From contig OY969712.1 of the NCBI GenBank assembly GCA_963702105.1, positions 4,617,971 to 4,681,970 of the forward strand: a DNA stretch of 64,000 bases, given 5' to 3'. A program made the translations under genes and the position numbers. Source of the stretch: an uncultured Gammaproteobacteria bacterium (GTDB lineage: Bacteria; Pseudomonadota; Gammaproteobacteria; Steroidobacterales; Rariloculaceae). Below, piece by piece: positions 25,934 through 35,929 of this stretch (positions are counted from its first letter, which is position 1; each line of letters begins with the position of its first letter). A model generated the notes under the pieces. That model was not told the origin of the DNA and did not search any database. It saw nothing but the letters and a program-made list of their open reading frames with translations.

Positions 25934-27484
25934 ATGACTGCAGAGACGACTTCACAGGCGACTTCAGAGATGACTTCAGAGATGACTTTAGAGACGAGCG
26001 AAATGGCCGCGTCGGAGGGCTCGGCCGGCTCTGCGGCGCCCGGTGCGGAGCGGACGCGCCGTCGCAACCGCCTCGTCATCAATCTCCTGCTGGTCTCTGC
26101 CTTCGTCGTGATTCTCAACGAGACCATCATGAACGTGGCGCTGCCGCGGCTCATGACGAGCCTGCACGCCTCGGCGACGGCCGTGCAGTGGCTCACGACG
26201 GCGTTCTTGCTCACGACAGCGGTCGTGATTCCGGTCACCGGCTTCCTGCTCCAGCGCCTGCGCACGCGGCCGATTTTCATCGCCGCGATGTCGTTGTTCA
26301 GTCTCGGAACCCTTTTGGCGGCCCTTTCGCCGGGGCTGGTCCCGCTCGTCTTCGCGCGCATCGTCCAGGCTTCCGGCACCGCGATCATGATGCCGCTGCT
26401 CATGACGACGGTCATGACGCTCGTGCCGCCGGAATCGCGCGGCAAGACCATGGGGAACATCATGATAGTGATCTCCGTCGCACCCGCGCTCGGCCCCACC
26501 ATATCGGGTCTGGTGCTGAACTTTCTTCCTTGGCGCTGGCTCTTCATCCTCGTGCTGCCGATCGCGCTCGGGGCGCTCGCCCTCGGCGCGCGCCGCATCG
26601 AGAACGTCACGACGCAGCGCTACGCGCCGCTGGACCTCGTCTCCGTCGTTCTCTCGGCCTTCGCCTTCGGCGGGGCCGTCTACGGCATCAGCGCGATCGG
26701 CGCCGCGGGTGCCGGTGCCGCGCCGGCCAGCGTGCCGCTCGGCATCGGCGCCTCGGCCATGCTCGCGTTCGTGCTGCGCCAGATCGGGCTGCAGAAGCGC
26801 GACGGCGCACTGCTCGATCTGCGGACGTTCAGCTCGCGCAACTTCACGGTCTCCGTGCTGCTCATGTCGATCATGATGATGTCGCTGTTCGGCACCGTGA
26901 TTCTGCTGCCCATCTACCTGCAGAACGTGCGCGGCCTTACGACGCTGCAGACCGGGCTCCTTCTGTTGCCCGGCGGGCTGCTCATGGGCCTGCTCGGGCC
27001 CTACGTCGGGCGGCTCTACGACCGCCTCGGGCCGACGCCGCTGCTCGTGCCCGGCGTCGCCGTCGCGAGCCTAGTGCTTTGGGCCATGACGCTGCTCGGC
27101 ACCTCCACCTCGATCGGCGCGATTCTTGCCGGCCACATCGTGATCAGCATCGGCTTCGCTTTCATGTTCACGCCGCTCTTTACCGTGAGCCTGTCGTCCG
27201 TGCGCCCCGAGCTCTACTCGCACGGCAGCGCCGTGCTCGGGTCGATTCAGCAGGTCGCGGCTGCGGCGGGCGTCGCGCTGTTCGTCACGCTGATGTCGGC
27301 GCGGGCGGCGAAGCTCGGCGCGGGCGGGCTCGCGTCCGTCGAAGCGCTCGCGGGCGGGGTCCGGGCGGCGTTTCTGTGCGGCGCGGTGCTGTCGCTGTTC
27401 GCGGTCGCGTGCGCGTTTTTCGTGCGCGGGCCCGGCGCGGGCGTCGCGAGCGCGGGGCCCGAGGGCGCGGGCACCGACAGGTAG
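25934..27484 (+). CDS. MFS transporter, DHA2 (EmrB/QacA, 14-TMS) type
   Basis: ATG 25934 in ORF 25730..27484. ..LLLVSAFVVILNETIMNVALPRL.. and overall 14-TMS layout. Confidence 0.8.
   Translation: MTAETTSQATSEMTSEMTLETSEMAASEGSAGSAAPGAERTRRRNRLVINLLLVSAFVVILNETIMNVALPRLMTSLHASATAVQWLTTAFLLTTAVVIPVTGFLLQRLRTRPIFIAAMSLFSLGTLLAALSPGLVPLVFARIVQASGTAIMMPLLMTTVMTLVPPESRGKTMGNIMIVISVAPALGPTISGLVLNFLPWRWLFILVLPIALGALALGARRIENVTTQRYAPLDLVSVVLSAFAFGGAVYGISAIGAAGAGAAPASVPLGIGASAMLAFVLRQIGLQKRDGALLDLRTFSSRNFTVSVLLMSIMMMSLFGTVILLPIYLQNVRGLTTLQTGLLLLPGGLLMGLLGPYVGRLYDRLGPTPLLVPGVAVASLVLWAMTLLGTSTSIGAILAGHIVISIGFAFMFTPLFTVSLSSVRPELYSHGSAVLGSIQQVAAAAGVALFVTLMSARAAKLGAGGLASVEALAGGVRAAFLCGAVLSLFAVACAFFVRGPGAGVASAGPEGAGTDR
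25949..25996 (+). repeat. in-frame 12-nt tandem repeat (x4, degenerate) at the MFS N-terminus
   Basis: Encodes TSQA-TSEM-TSEM-TLET. The two central units (GACTTCAGAGAT register) are identical. Confidence 0.8.
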
Positions 27485-27547
27485 CGGACGGATGATTTGC
27501 GTGTGCCGGGATGCGGTCTCGGCAGCGAGATCGTCCGCGCTCGGGCG

Positions 27548-27583
27548 TTGAATTGCGGGCGGGAACTGGATATAATTCCAGTT
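27548..27583 (+). promoter_or_regulatory. near-consensus sigma70-type promoter (TTGAAT-17-TATAAT) embedded in an inverted repeat
   Basis: TTGAAT 27548..27553, 17-nt spacer, TATAAT 27571..27576. AACTGGA (27564..27570) and TCCAGTT (27577..27583) flank the -10 as a 7-bp inverted repeat. GGGAGAAG Shine-Dalgarno plus ATG follow at 27613. Confidence 0.5.
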
Positions 27584-27612
27584 ACAGAAAGGACGCGAAT
27601 CGGGAGAAGTCC

Positions 27613-28413
27613 ATGCTTCCGCAAGACCCTCCCGAAAGGGTCTCGACGAACCCGGCGGGCGCCCGGCCGCCGCGGCCCCAGAGCCCGAAACCTCACCCCG
27701 CAGCGCTCGCGAGTGCCGCAGCGTCGAGCAGCTCGACGCCACCTTCTGCCGCCTCACGCGCAACCTGCACGCCGAGACGTATCAACTGCTGCTCGTGATC
27801 CGCGAGCTCGACGATTGCTTCGGCTGGGCCAAGTGGAGCTTTCGCAACTGCGCCGAGTGGGTCGCCTGGCGCGGGCAGATGTCGCTCTCGGCCGCCAGGG
27901 AGAAGCTGCGCACGGCGCACGCCCTGCGTGAGCTGCCGCGGATCTCGGCGGCCTTCGCGGCCGGGCGGCTCTCGTACTCCAAGGCCCGGGCGCTGACGCG
28001 CGTCGCGCGGCCGGAGGACGAGGACCTGCTGCTCGCCTATACGCTCGATGCGACCGCGGCGCAGGTCGAGGAGCGCTGCCGGCAGATCCGCAACGTCGCG
28101 CCGGCGTCGGCCGAAGAAGCTGACTTCGCTGTGCACGTACCATCATCGGCTCGTGCACGAGGGCGGTTTCAGCGTCAGGGAGCGGGCGGACGGGCGGCTG
28201 GAGTTCCTGCGGCCCGACGGGCGCGTGATCCCGAGGTCGGGGTATCGGCTCGAGGACATGGTCGATGACGAGGCTGAGGCCGGGCCCGAGCGCGACGACC
28301 CCTCCGCGGAGGGGTCGGGCGGAACCGAAAACGAACCGCCCACGGGTGTGCGCGAGCCGCCGGGCGAATACCGGGTCGCCGGTCGGTCCCGGGGCGAGTT
28401 CCGCATGACTTGA
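27613..28413 (+). pseudogene. decayed DUF222 / HNH endonuclease gene (frameshifted, internally deleted)
   Basis: The ATG 27613 frame stops at 27798. The DUF222 core (..EQLDATFCRLTRNLHAETYQLLLVIRELDDCFGWAKWSFRNCAEWVAWRG..SYSKARALTRVA..) is in another frame. The HNH tail (..LTSLCTYHHRLVHEGGF..) is in a third frame (ORF 28048..28413). The central part with the first half of the HNH motif is absent. Confidence 0.65.
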
Positions 28414-28478
28414 TGTCGATTCCGAGACCGCGGAAACGACTATGGGTTGACCCGAAAATCAACCCCGAGGAGATCGCC

Positions 28479-28925
28479 ATGCCGAGCAATACGGTTCGAC
28501 TACACCGAGTCCTGCGCGCCAAGCCCGAAAGGGTTTACCGGGCCTTTCTGGATCCGGACGCTCTCGCTCGGTGGCTTCCGCCCAATGGATTCACGTGCAA
28601 GGTCGATCATCTCGACGCCGTCGTCGGCGGCACGTACCGCATGTCGTTCCGAAACTTCGGCACCGGCAACGGCCACTCCTTCGGGGGCAGCTACCTGGAG
28701 CTGGTTCCGGGCGAGCGCATACGTTACACCGACAAGTTCGATGCGCCGGGACTGCCGGGCGACATGCAGACGACCGTCACGCTGCGGCCCGTGGTCTGCG
28801 GCACCGAGCTCAACGTGGTTCAGGAGGGCCTTCCCGAAGCCATCCCCGTCGAGCTGTGTTATCTCGGCTGGCAGGAATCGCTGGACTTCCTGGCGCGGAT
28901 CGTGGAGCCCGAAATCCCGGACTGA
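28479..28925 (+). CDS. SRPBCC-family protein (AHSA1/START-like)
   Basis: ATG 28479 preceded by GAGGAG. ..RVLRAKPERVYRAFLDPDALARWLPP..GGTYRMSF..SFGGSYLELVPGERIRYT... Confidence 0.75.
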   Translation: MPSNTVRLHRVLRAKPERVYRAFLDPDALARWLPPNGFTCKVDHLDAVVGGTYRMSFRNFGTGNGHSFGGSYLELVPGERIRYTDKFDAPGLPGDMQTTVTLRPVVCGTELNVVQEGLPEAIPVELCYLGWQESLDFLARIVEPEIPD

Positions 28926-29054
28926 CGCCTCAGCGCGAACACGCGTTCCAGGCTCGGGATCATCGCGGCTGCGAATAAGTAACGACAGAATTCGCATAAC
29001 GGGCCGGCCGGCGCCGGAGTAGCCTTCTTCCGAGCGTAGTCCGGAGGAGACACC

Positions 29055-29708
29055 ATGGCTGCCGTCACCGACCAGTGCCTGAAGAACAACGAACGATACG
29101 CCAAGGGCGAGAAGCTTCACGATGCCTCGCATCCCGGGAAGCAGAAGATACAGCCGGCCAAGCGCCTCGCGGTCGTCGCATGCATGGACGCGCGCATCAA
29201 CGTCGAGGACTTGCTGGGGCTCAAGACAGGCGACGCCCACGTCATCCGCAACGCGGGCGGCGTCATCGACGAGGATGCCATCCGCTGCCTGATCATTTCG
29301 CATCATCTTCTCGACACCAACGAGATCATGCTGATCCACCATACTCGCTGCGGCATGCTCGCCTTCACCGATGATCTGCTCAAGGCGGGCCTCGAGGGCG
29401 ATGCCTCCGCAGAAAAAATGCTAGGGCAGGCCACGGGACGAAAGTTCACGAGCTGCAAGTCGGCTTCGGCGATGCCGAGCGCGTTCCATGCTTTCCGAGG
29501 CGGCCCGCAGCCGCTCGACGCGCACGACGACAAGGCAATAGAACGGCTGCACTGGGACGTGCGGCGCGGCATCTCCGCGATCCTCAACCATCCTTGGCTG
29601 CCCACGAGCGGACCGGATGCGATTTCCGTGCGCGGCTTCGTTTACGACGTGGATACCGGCAAGCTCGAGGAGGTCGCTTATCCCGGGCCGATGGGATCGA
29701 TCGGGTAA
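29055..29708 (+). CDS. beta-class carbonic anhydrase
   Basis: 217 aa. Zinc ligands in ..VVACMDARI.. and ..HHTRCGM... GGAGGAG Shine-Dalgarno upstream. Confidence 0.8.
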   Translation: MAAVTDQCLKNNERYAKGEKLHDASHPGKQKIQPAKRLAVVACMDARINVEDLLGLKTGDAHVIRNAGGVIDEDAIRCLIISHHLLDTNEIMLIHHTRCGMLAFTDDLLKAGLEGDASAEKMLGQATGRKFTSCKSASAMPSAFHAFRGGPQPLDAHDDKAIERLHWDVRRGISAILNHPWLPTSGPDAISVRGFVYDVDTGKLEEVAYPGPMGSIG

Positions 29709-29734
29709 CGAGCGGGTCGCGCCGACGCCGGATC

Positions 29735-29761
29735 GAGGCCGCGGAGCCGCCCCGCGGCCTC
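29735..29761. terminator. 10-bp-stem hairpin between convergent genes
   Basis: GAGGCCGCGG-AGCCGCC-CCGCGGCCTC between the carbonic anhydrase stop (29708) and the permease stop (29772). Confidence 0.5.
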
Positions 29762-29771
29762 GCAGTCCGCC

Positions 29772-32216
29772 TTATTCGTAACGCAACGCCGCGATCGAGT
29801 CGATACGGGTGGCGCGACGTGCCGGAAGGTAGCTCGCGACGCAAGCGACGGCGAAGAGCGCAGCCGCAACCGCCGCAAGCGTCAGCGGGTCGGCCGGCTG
29901 CACGCCGTAGAGCATTTTCGCGAGCAGACGCGTGAGCGCGAGCGCTGCCAGCACGCCGCCGGCCGTACCCACGGCCGTCAACGCCAAGCCTTCGCGCATG
30001 ACGAGCCGCAGCAAGTCTGCGCGGCTGGCCCCGAGCGCTGCGCGCACCCCCAGCTCCTGAGTTCGTCGACCGACTGCATAGGACATGACGCCGTAGATGC
30101 CGATCGCGGCAAGCACGAGCGCGCTGGAGGCGAACGCGATGAGCAGCAGCATAATGAAGCGCCTTTCGGCCAGCGAGCTTGCGATGATCTGCGTCATGGT
30201 CCGGACGTTGTAGACCGGCTGGTCTTCCGTCGGCCCGGCAACCGCGGCGCGCAGCGCGGGCACGACGGCCGAGGGACCGGCCGACGTGCGTAAGAGCAAG
30301 TGCAATCCGGCAGTCGCCTCCGGCAGGAACCGGTCCGGTATCTGCGCGACCGGAAAGTACATCTCGTCGCGTATCTTCGCCGTCGAGTCCGAATCTAGCC
30401 CCCAATGCTTGACGTGTCCCACCACGCCGACGATTCGGAATGCCGAGTCGGGACCGATCTGCATGTCAATGTGGTGGCCGAGGGCGTCCTGGTTGGGAAA
30501 CAAGTGCTTCGCCATGACCTCGTCGATAACCACGACCGGATCCGAAGCCGTCGTATCCCGTTCCGTGAAGAAGCGCCCTTTGATGAGGGGAATGCCGAGG
30601 ACCTTCAAGTAGTCGGGCGAGGTGATGAACCACAGCGCGGAGTACGGGCGATTCGACGCCGCGGACTGTGCCTCGCCCTCGTCCGTTCCAAAGCTCACGG
30701 CGTTGAACTCGCCGCTCAGAGGAACGAGCCCCGTGAGCGCCGTCGAGCTCACTCCGGGCAGGGCGCGAACACGTGCCATCGTCTGCTCGAAAGCCATGCG
30801 GATGCGGGAGGAATTCCCCACCACGGTCGGCGACAGGGCGATTTGCGACGTCAGCACATGGGACGTATCGAAACCGGTGTCGACGCGCCACAGCCGCCAG
30901 ATGCTTTGGATCATCAACCCGGCTCCGGCGAGCAGCACCACCGCGAGGCCGATCTGCACGGCGACGAAACTTCCCTCCGTGCGTCGCCGGCCTCGGCCGC
31001 TCGTCCGGGCACCCTCCTTCAGAGGCTCCTGCAGATTCGAATTCGACGCCTGGAAGGCGGGCGCCAGACCGAAAAGAACGCCCGTCAGAACCGAGACCCC
31101 CAGCGTGAAGAGCAGGACATGGACGTCCATGACTACGTGCTGCGTGCGAGGGAGGCTGTCCGGAATGGCGGCCAGCACGAGCCGGGTGCCCCAATACGCC
31201 AACAACCCTCCGACCACGCCCCCAGTCACGCCGAGCACAAGACTCTCGGTCAGCAGCTGGCGCACGATCCGCCCGCGCCCCGCGCCGAGTGCGGTCCGAA
31301 CGGCAAGCTCGCGCCGGCGGGTCGTCGCGCGCGCAAGCAGCAGGTTCGCCACGTTCGCGCAGGCGACGATGAGCACGAAACCCACGGCGCCCAGAAGCAG
31401 GAGCAGCGTGGAACGGATATCGCGCACCATGTCATTGTGCAGGGGCACCACGGAGGCGCCGCGGCCGGCGTTGGACTTCGGATACTCTTTCGCGAGCGCG
31501 CTTGCGATCCTGCTCATGTCCGCATGGGCCGCGGCCACCGTGACTCCGGGCTTGAGCCGTGCGACGGCCCGCAGACCGGGGTGGCTGTCCCGCTCCGGCA
31601 GCTCCGCAGCACCCCATTGTGCGAGCGGAATATAGAGATCCGCCTGGTCGCGGAAGCGAAAGCTCGAAGGCAAGACTCCGATGACCGTGTAGACCCGGCC
31701 GTTCAATGTGACGCTCTTGCCGAGCACGGCTCGGTCGGCTTGAAACCGGCCCTTCCACAGACCGTAGCCGAGGATTACGACGCCGCCGGCGCCGCGCCGA
31801 TCCTCTTCCGGAGAGAAGCTGCGGCCGAGGAGCGGCTTCACGCCGAGGACCGGGAAGAATCCCGCGGATACGTATTCGCCCGAAAGGTGCACGGGCCGAC
31901 CGGATCCCGTGAAGTTGAAGTCATTGTTGCGGAACGCCGCAATGCCCCTGAAGGAGCGATTCTCCCGGCGCCAGTCGAGAAAGTTCGGATATGCGATCGC
32001 GCCCTGATCGAAGCCCGAGGCACGCTCGTAAACCGCGACGAGACGGTCCGGCTCGGGATAGGGAATGGGCTGCAGCAAAACGCCGTTGACCACGCTGAAG
32101 ATCGCCGTGTCCGCGCCTATTCCGAGGGCGAGTGCGCCGACTGCGACGAGGGCGAAGCCCGGAGCGCGGGCGAACCAGCGCAGACTGAAGCGCAGATCGT
32201 CGAACAATGCCGCCAT
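29772..32216 (-). CDS. ADOP-type duplicated FtsX/MacB-like ABC transporter permease
   Basis: ATG 32216 (MAALFDDLRFSLRWFARAPGFALVAV..). ~814 aa with two FtsX-like halves. No adjacent ATPase gene. Confidence 0.8.
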   Translation of the reverse strand: MAALFDDLRFSLRWFARAPGFALVAVGALALGIGADTAIFSVVNGVLLQPIPYPEPDRLVAVYERASGFDQGAIAYPNFLDWRRENRSFRGIAAFRNNDFNFTGSGRPVHLSGEYVSAGFFPVLGVKPLLGRSFSPEEDRRGAGGVVILGYGLWKGRFQADRAVLGKSVTLNGRVYTVIGVLPSSFRFRDQADLYIPLAQWGAAELPERDSHPGLRAVARLKPGVTVAAAHADMSRIASALAKEYPKSNAGRGASVVPLHNDMVRDIRSTLLLLLGAVGFVLIVACANVANLLLARATTRRRELAVRTALGAGRGRIVRQLLTESLVLGVTGGVVGGLLAYWGTRLVLAAIPDSLPRTQHVVMDVHVLLFTLGVSVLTGVLFGLAPAFQASNSNLQEPLKEGARTSGRGRRRTEGSFVAVQIGLAVVLLAGAGLMIQSIWRLWRVDTGFDTSHVLTSQIALSPTVVGNSSRIRMAFEQTMARVRALPGVSSTALTGLVPLSGEFNAVSFGTDEGEAQSAASNRPYSALWFITSPDYLKVLGIPLIKGRFFTERDTTASDPVVVIDEVMAKHLFPNQDALGHHIDMQIGPDSAFRIVGVVGHVKHWGLDSDSTAKIRDEMYFPVAQIPDRFLPEATAGLHLLLRTSAGPSAVVPALRAAVAGPTEDQPVYNVRTMTQIIASSLAERRFIMLLLIAFASSALVLAAIGIYGVMSYAVGRRTQELGVRAALGASRADLLRLVMREGLALTAVGTAGGVLAALALTRLLAKMLYGVQPADPLTLAAVAAALFAVACVASYLPARRATRIDSIAALRYE

Positions 32217-32386
32217 GGCGCCGTTCCTCGATGAGAATAGACATCGACAGCGGCGCAAATGGCGTGCCAACGACGCGCCGCCGTTAACGTCTTGTATCTG
32301 CGGCAGATCGAGGCGTTCCATGCGATCTCGGCGCAGACGCGCGTCCCGCGATCGGACAGCCGGTCCCGGATTTGCGACCCGGGCGC

Positions 32387-32412
32387 GCCGCTTCAGAATC
32401 GTTCGAAGCGGC
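32387..32412 (-). terminator. hairpin abutting the histidine kinase stop
   Basis: GCCGCTTC..GAAGCGGC 8-bp stem immediately 3' (on the minus strand) of TAG 32415..32413. A second CCCGG..CCGGG hairpin follows. Confidence 0.45.
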
Positions 32413-34512
32413 CTAACGCTCGCTTTCCGTTCCGGGCAGCCACACGCGGAACTCCGCCCCGGGCCGCATGTTCCTGACCTCGACGTGCCCCGACATGGCG
32501 CCCGCGAGCTCGCGCACGAGGGCGAGCCCGATACCCGTGCCGGCCGTCTCGCGTGTGAGCTCGCCGGGCGGCCGGTAGAACAGCTCGAAGATCTTCCTGA
32601 GCTGTCCTTTCGGAATGCCCGGGCCGAAGTCCCTGACCGTGAACAGCAGGCCCCCGCGCTCCCGACGGCAGGCGATCTCGACGGTCTTGCGCTGCGCGCC
32701 GGCCGAGAACTTCAGTGCGTTGTCGGCGAGGTTGATAAAGATCTGTGCGAAGCAGTCCGCGTCCACGAGCACGGCGGCCTCGACGCCCGCGTCGTTGCGA
32801 AGCTCGAGCGCGAAGCCGGCCCGCTCGGCCTGAGTCGCGATCTTCGCCCTTATCCCCTCGAGGAGCTCGGCGACGCCGACGCGTTTCAGATCGAGCCGCT
32901 GCGAGCGGCGCGTGAGCCTGGCCAGCTGCAGCACGTTCTCGATGAGGCGCGACAACCGCTCGCTCTCGGAGTGAATGTACTCGTAGTACATCTGCTTCTT
33001 CGCATCCTCGGCCCAGCCGGCCTTCAGCATCTCTCCGTACATGCGGATGGATGTGAGCGGCGTCTTGAGCTCGTGGCTCACGGCGGAGACGAAATCCTGC
33101 TGCTGGCGCGCGAGGCGCAGCTGCCCTGCCGCGAATCGATACATGAGCACGAAGCCGCTGCCGAGCACGGCGGCGAGCACGACGCCCGTCCACCCGAGCA
33201 GCGCGCCGGCCGCACCGAGCGGCAGCGCGCCGGCCGTCATCACGAGCTCGAGCGCGCCGAAGGGCGGCGACATGCGCGCGCGATACAACAGCGTGCCGCG
33301 GTCACGGCTCCTGCCAGCCTCGCCAGCCGCGCCGAGCAGCGTGCCGGCGAACGTCACGCGGAGCGCGGCCGTTCGAGCCAGAGAGCTCGCCGCGACCTCG
33401 CTCTCGACGGCGTCGCGCAGGAAGCGTTCGCGATCGACGACTGCGCCCTGGACATAACGCTGTCGATCCCGCCAGGCGTTGCGGAACATGACGAGCTGCC
33501 CCGAATCGAGCAGACCGACCTCGAACGGATCGAGCTCGCTCTCGAAGGTCCGCACCCGGAACTCGGCGGCGTTGCTGCCGCTGCCGCTGTCGGCACTCTC
33601 GGGGGCCGCTTCCGTTTGTCCGCTTCGCCGGGCGGCGGCCGCGGCCGACCCCGCCGACCTTGCCTCGTCCTTCGCAATCGGTAAGGCCTCGTCGCGTAAG
33701 GAAGCCGCCTTCGGCAGCGGCCCGACCCTCTGAGCCGGCGCGCGCGCCGAAGCCCGATTCCCCGCAGCCGCGCTAAGCCGATCGAACGCCGCGCCGGGGC
33801 CGACGGCGGAATCGCGGCTCGACCCGGCAACATTCTTGTCCGACGAGGCATTCGGAAGTGCGCTGGCGGCGCTTGCGGAGACCTCCGCGGCACGCGCGCG
33901 CACCGAAGAAGACGGCAGATCCGACCGAAGCGCTGGAGCCGGTTCGGCCGACGCAGCCGGCCCATCCGAACCCGCCGACGGCACGGACGCTACGGACCCA
34001 ACCGCCGCAACCGGCGGACGTTGGACGAGGTGGTTGTCGACGAGCACGGTTCGAATCTTCGCTTCGACCGCAAGCCGGGCGTTGCGCTCCGCTTCCGTGA
34101 TCCCGAAGCGGGACCCGTCCATGTCGGGCCCAGGCAGCAGCGGCGTCGTGAGCCGCCCGGCCGAGTCCACTTGGAAGTAGCCGATCACGCCCGGCAGGGC
34201 GCTCGCAACGGGGAAGGCAGCAAGTGCGGAGGGCCGCACGCCGTTTACGCCGCCGGACCTGTCCACGATCAGGAAGGAATAGTCGGCGAAAGTACGCGCC
34301 TCCTCGGCCGCAACGGCCGCGCGCAGCCGGCCGTCTATGCGCCCAGCGAGGGTCTCTGCCGCGAGCTCCGCGCGGTGCAGCGCTTCCCAGCGCAGTTGCC
34401 GATAGGCCTCGGCAAACAGCACCCCGGCCGGCACCGCGAGCACGAGAAAGAACAGCGCGAAGAGCCACCGGAGACGGCGCTCGTCGAGGCGTCGGCGAAG
34501 CCATGCCCGCAT
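32413..34512 (-). CDS. sensor histidine kinase with large periplasmic domain
   Basis: ATG 34512, 4 nt after the response regulator stop. Two TM segments bracket ~390 aa that include an Ala/Ser-rich stretch. H-box SHELKTPLTSI, N-box NLADNALKF, G-box GTGIGLALV. Confidence 0.8.
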   Translation of the reverse strand: MRAWLRRRLDERRLRWLFALFFLVLAVPAGVLFAEAYRQLRWEALHRAELAAETLAGRIDGRLRAAVAAEEARTFADYSFLIVDRSGGVNGVRPSALAAFPVASALPGVIGYFQVDSAGRLTTPLLPGPDMDGSRFGITEAERNARLAVEAKIRTVLVDNHLVQRPPVAAVGSVASVPSAGSDGPAASAEPAPALRSDLPSSSVRARAAEVSASAASALPNASSDKNVAGSSRDSAVGPGAAFDRLSAAAGNRASARAPAQRVGPLPKAASLRDEALPIAKDEARSAGSAAAAARRSGQTEAAPESADSGSGSNAAEFRVRTFESELDPFEVGLLDSGQLVMFRNAWRDRQRYVQGAVVDRERFLRDAVESEVAASSLARTAALRVTFAGTLLGAAGEAGRSRDRGTLLYRARMSPPFGALELVMTAGALPLGAAGALLGWTGVVLAAVLGSGFVLMYRFAAGQLRLARQQQDFVSAVSHELKTPLTSIRMYGEMLKAGWAEDAKKQMYYEYIHSESERLSRLIENVLQLARLTRRSQRLDLKRVGVAELLEGIRAKIATQAERAGFALELRNDAGVEAAVLVDADCFAQIFINLADNALKFSAGAQRKTVEIACRRERGGLLFTVRDFGPGIPKGQLRKIFELFYRPPGELTRETAGTGIGLALVRELAGAMSGHVEVRNMRPGAEFRVWLPGTESER

Positions 34513-34516
34513 CGTC

Positions 34517-35222
34517 TCAAGGCTCTGCGAGCAGCCGGTACCCGGCCCCGCGAACAGTGACGAGATGGCGCGGTTCGGAAGCATCTGCCTCGACCTTGCG
34601 CCGCAGCTTTGCGATATGAATGTCTACCGTGCGCGTCTCGAGGTCGGCGTTACGGTCGTAGCCCCATACGCGCGTGAGGAGCTCCGTGCGCGATACGGGG
34701 CGATGCGCGTTCGCGTGCAGATACTGCAGGATTTCGATCTCGCGGCGCGTGAACGCCGTGGTCTCGCTGCCGCGCCGGCCCGCGAGGTTCTGCGTATCGA
34801 TCTCGAACGTCGTCGCCGAGCCTGATTACGGCCGCGGCAGCGGCGCCCGTGCGCGAGCGGCGCAGCACGGCCTTGATTCGCGCGACGAGTTGCGCGATCG
34901 AGAACGGCTTCGCGACGTAGTCGTCCGCCCCGAGCGCGAGGCCGCTGACGATATCCGCGTCCGTCGTCTTCGCAGTAAGCAGAATGATGGGCTGCTCGCG
35001 GTCGACCCTGCGCACTTCGTCGCAGATCGAAAACCCGTCGCGGCCGGGCAGCATGACGTCGAGCAGCAGAAGATCGTACTGGCCGCTCAGCGCGCGCGAC
35101 AGGCCCTCGCGCCCGTCGGAAACGGCGTCGACGCGGTAGCCGTGATACACGAGCACGTCTGCGAGCCCGTCGCGGATCGCCGCTTCGTCCTCGACCACGA
35201 GTATGCGTGCCTTGTTCTCCAT
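34517..35222 (-). pseudogene. OmpR/PhoB-family response regulator interrupted by a 1-nt frameshift (~34808..34802)
   Basis: The receiver domain is intact from ATG 35222 (..ILVVEDE..LLLLDVMLPG..LLTAK..YVAKPF..). The winged-helix part (..TAFTRREIEILQYLHANAHRPVSRTELLTRVWGYDRNADLETRTVDIHIAKLRRKVE..RGAGYRLLAEP) reads only in the +1 frame and ends at TGA 34519..34517. The listed ORF 34650..35255 ends in nonsense. Confidence 0.7.
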
Positions 35223-35388
35223 GCGCTCGATGTTGCCGGACACGGGAATGGACACTAGCAGGTCGCGCCGATCCGGAGTGTAAACAGTTTGTAAATCGCC
35301 GGCGAAAGATTTTGCACGATCGCGTCTGATGTCTTCCGTGCGCCGCGTCTAGTCTGCCTGCGGTTCCACTGACCAGGAGGCGAACGAC

Positions 35389-35929
35389 GTGGCACTCATA
35401 CACCGAATTTCCCGGCTCCTGACGGCGGACGTACACGCCGTCCTCGATCGCATCGAAGAGCCCGCGGCGCTGCTGCGCCAGGCCCTGCGCGAGATGGAAG
35501 AGGAGCTCGTGCACGGCGAGCGCCGTATCAAGCGCATCGAGCACGACCGCGCGGGCGCGGCCGGCCGCCGCGCGAAGCTCGAGGGCACGGTACGCGACCT
35601 CGACGCGAAGCTCGAACGTCTGCTTCGAGGGCGGGGACGACGCGGTCGCCCGCAAGCTGATTCGCCGCAAGCTCGAAGCGCAGCGCCTCGGCGAGCATCT
35701 TGAGGAGCGGCTCGGCTCGCTCGATGCGGCGCTCGCGGCCGCGCGTGCGGTGCTGGCAGAGCAGCGGGAGCGCTACAACGTCCTGCGCCAGAAGGCCGAG
35801 CTCCTGAGCGAAGCACCCGACGCAGACGGCGGCCGCGGCGACGATTGCGGCGGCGCGGCCTTCACCGTCGGCGACGACGAGGTCGAGGTCGCGTTGCTGG
35901 CGGAGCGCGGGCGGAGGGTACGGCAGTGA
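35389..35929 (+). pseudogene. PspA/IM30-family protein interrupted by a 1-nt frameshift (~35620..35629)
   Basis: The N-terminus MALIHRISRLLTADVHAVLDRIEEPAALLRQALREMEEEL.. aligns with PspA. The continuation ..EGGDDAVARKLIRRKLEAQRLGEHLEERLGSLDAAL..RYNVLRQKAELL.. is in the +1 frame and ends at TGA 35927..35929. The listed ORF stops at 35703 in nonsense. Confidence 0.65.
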
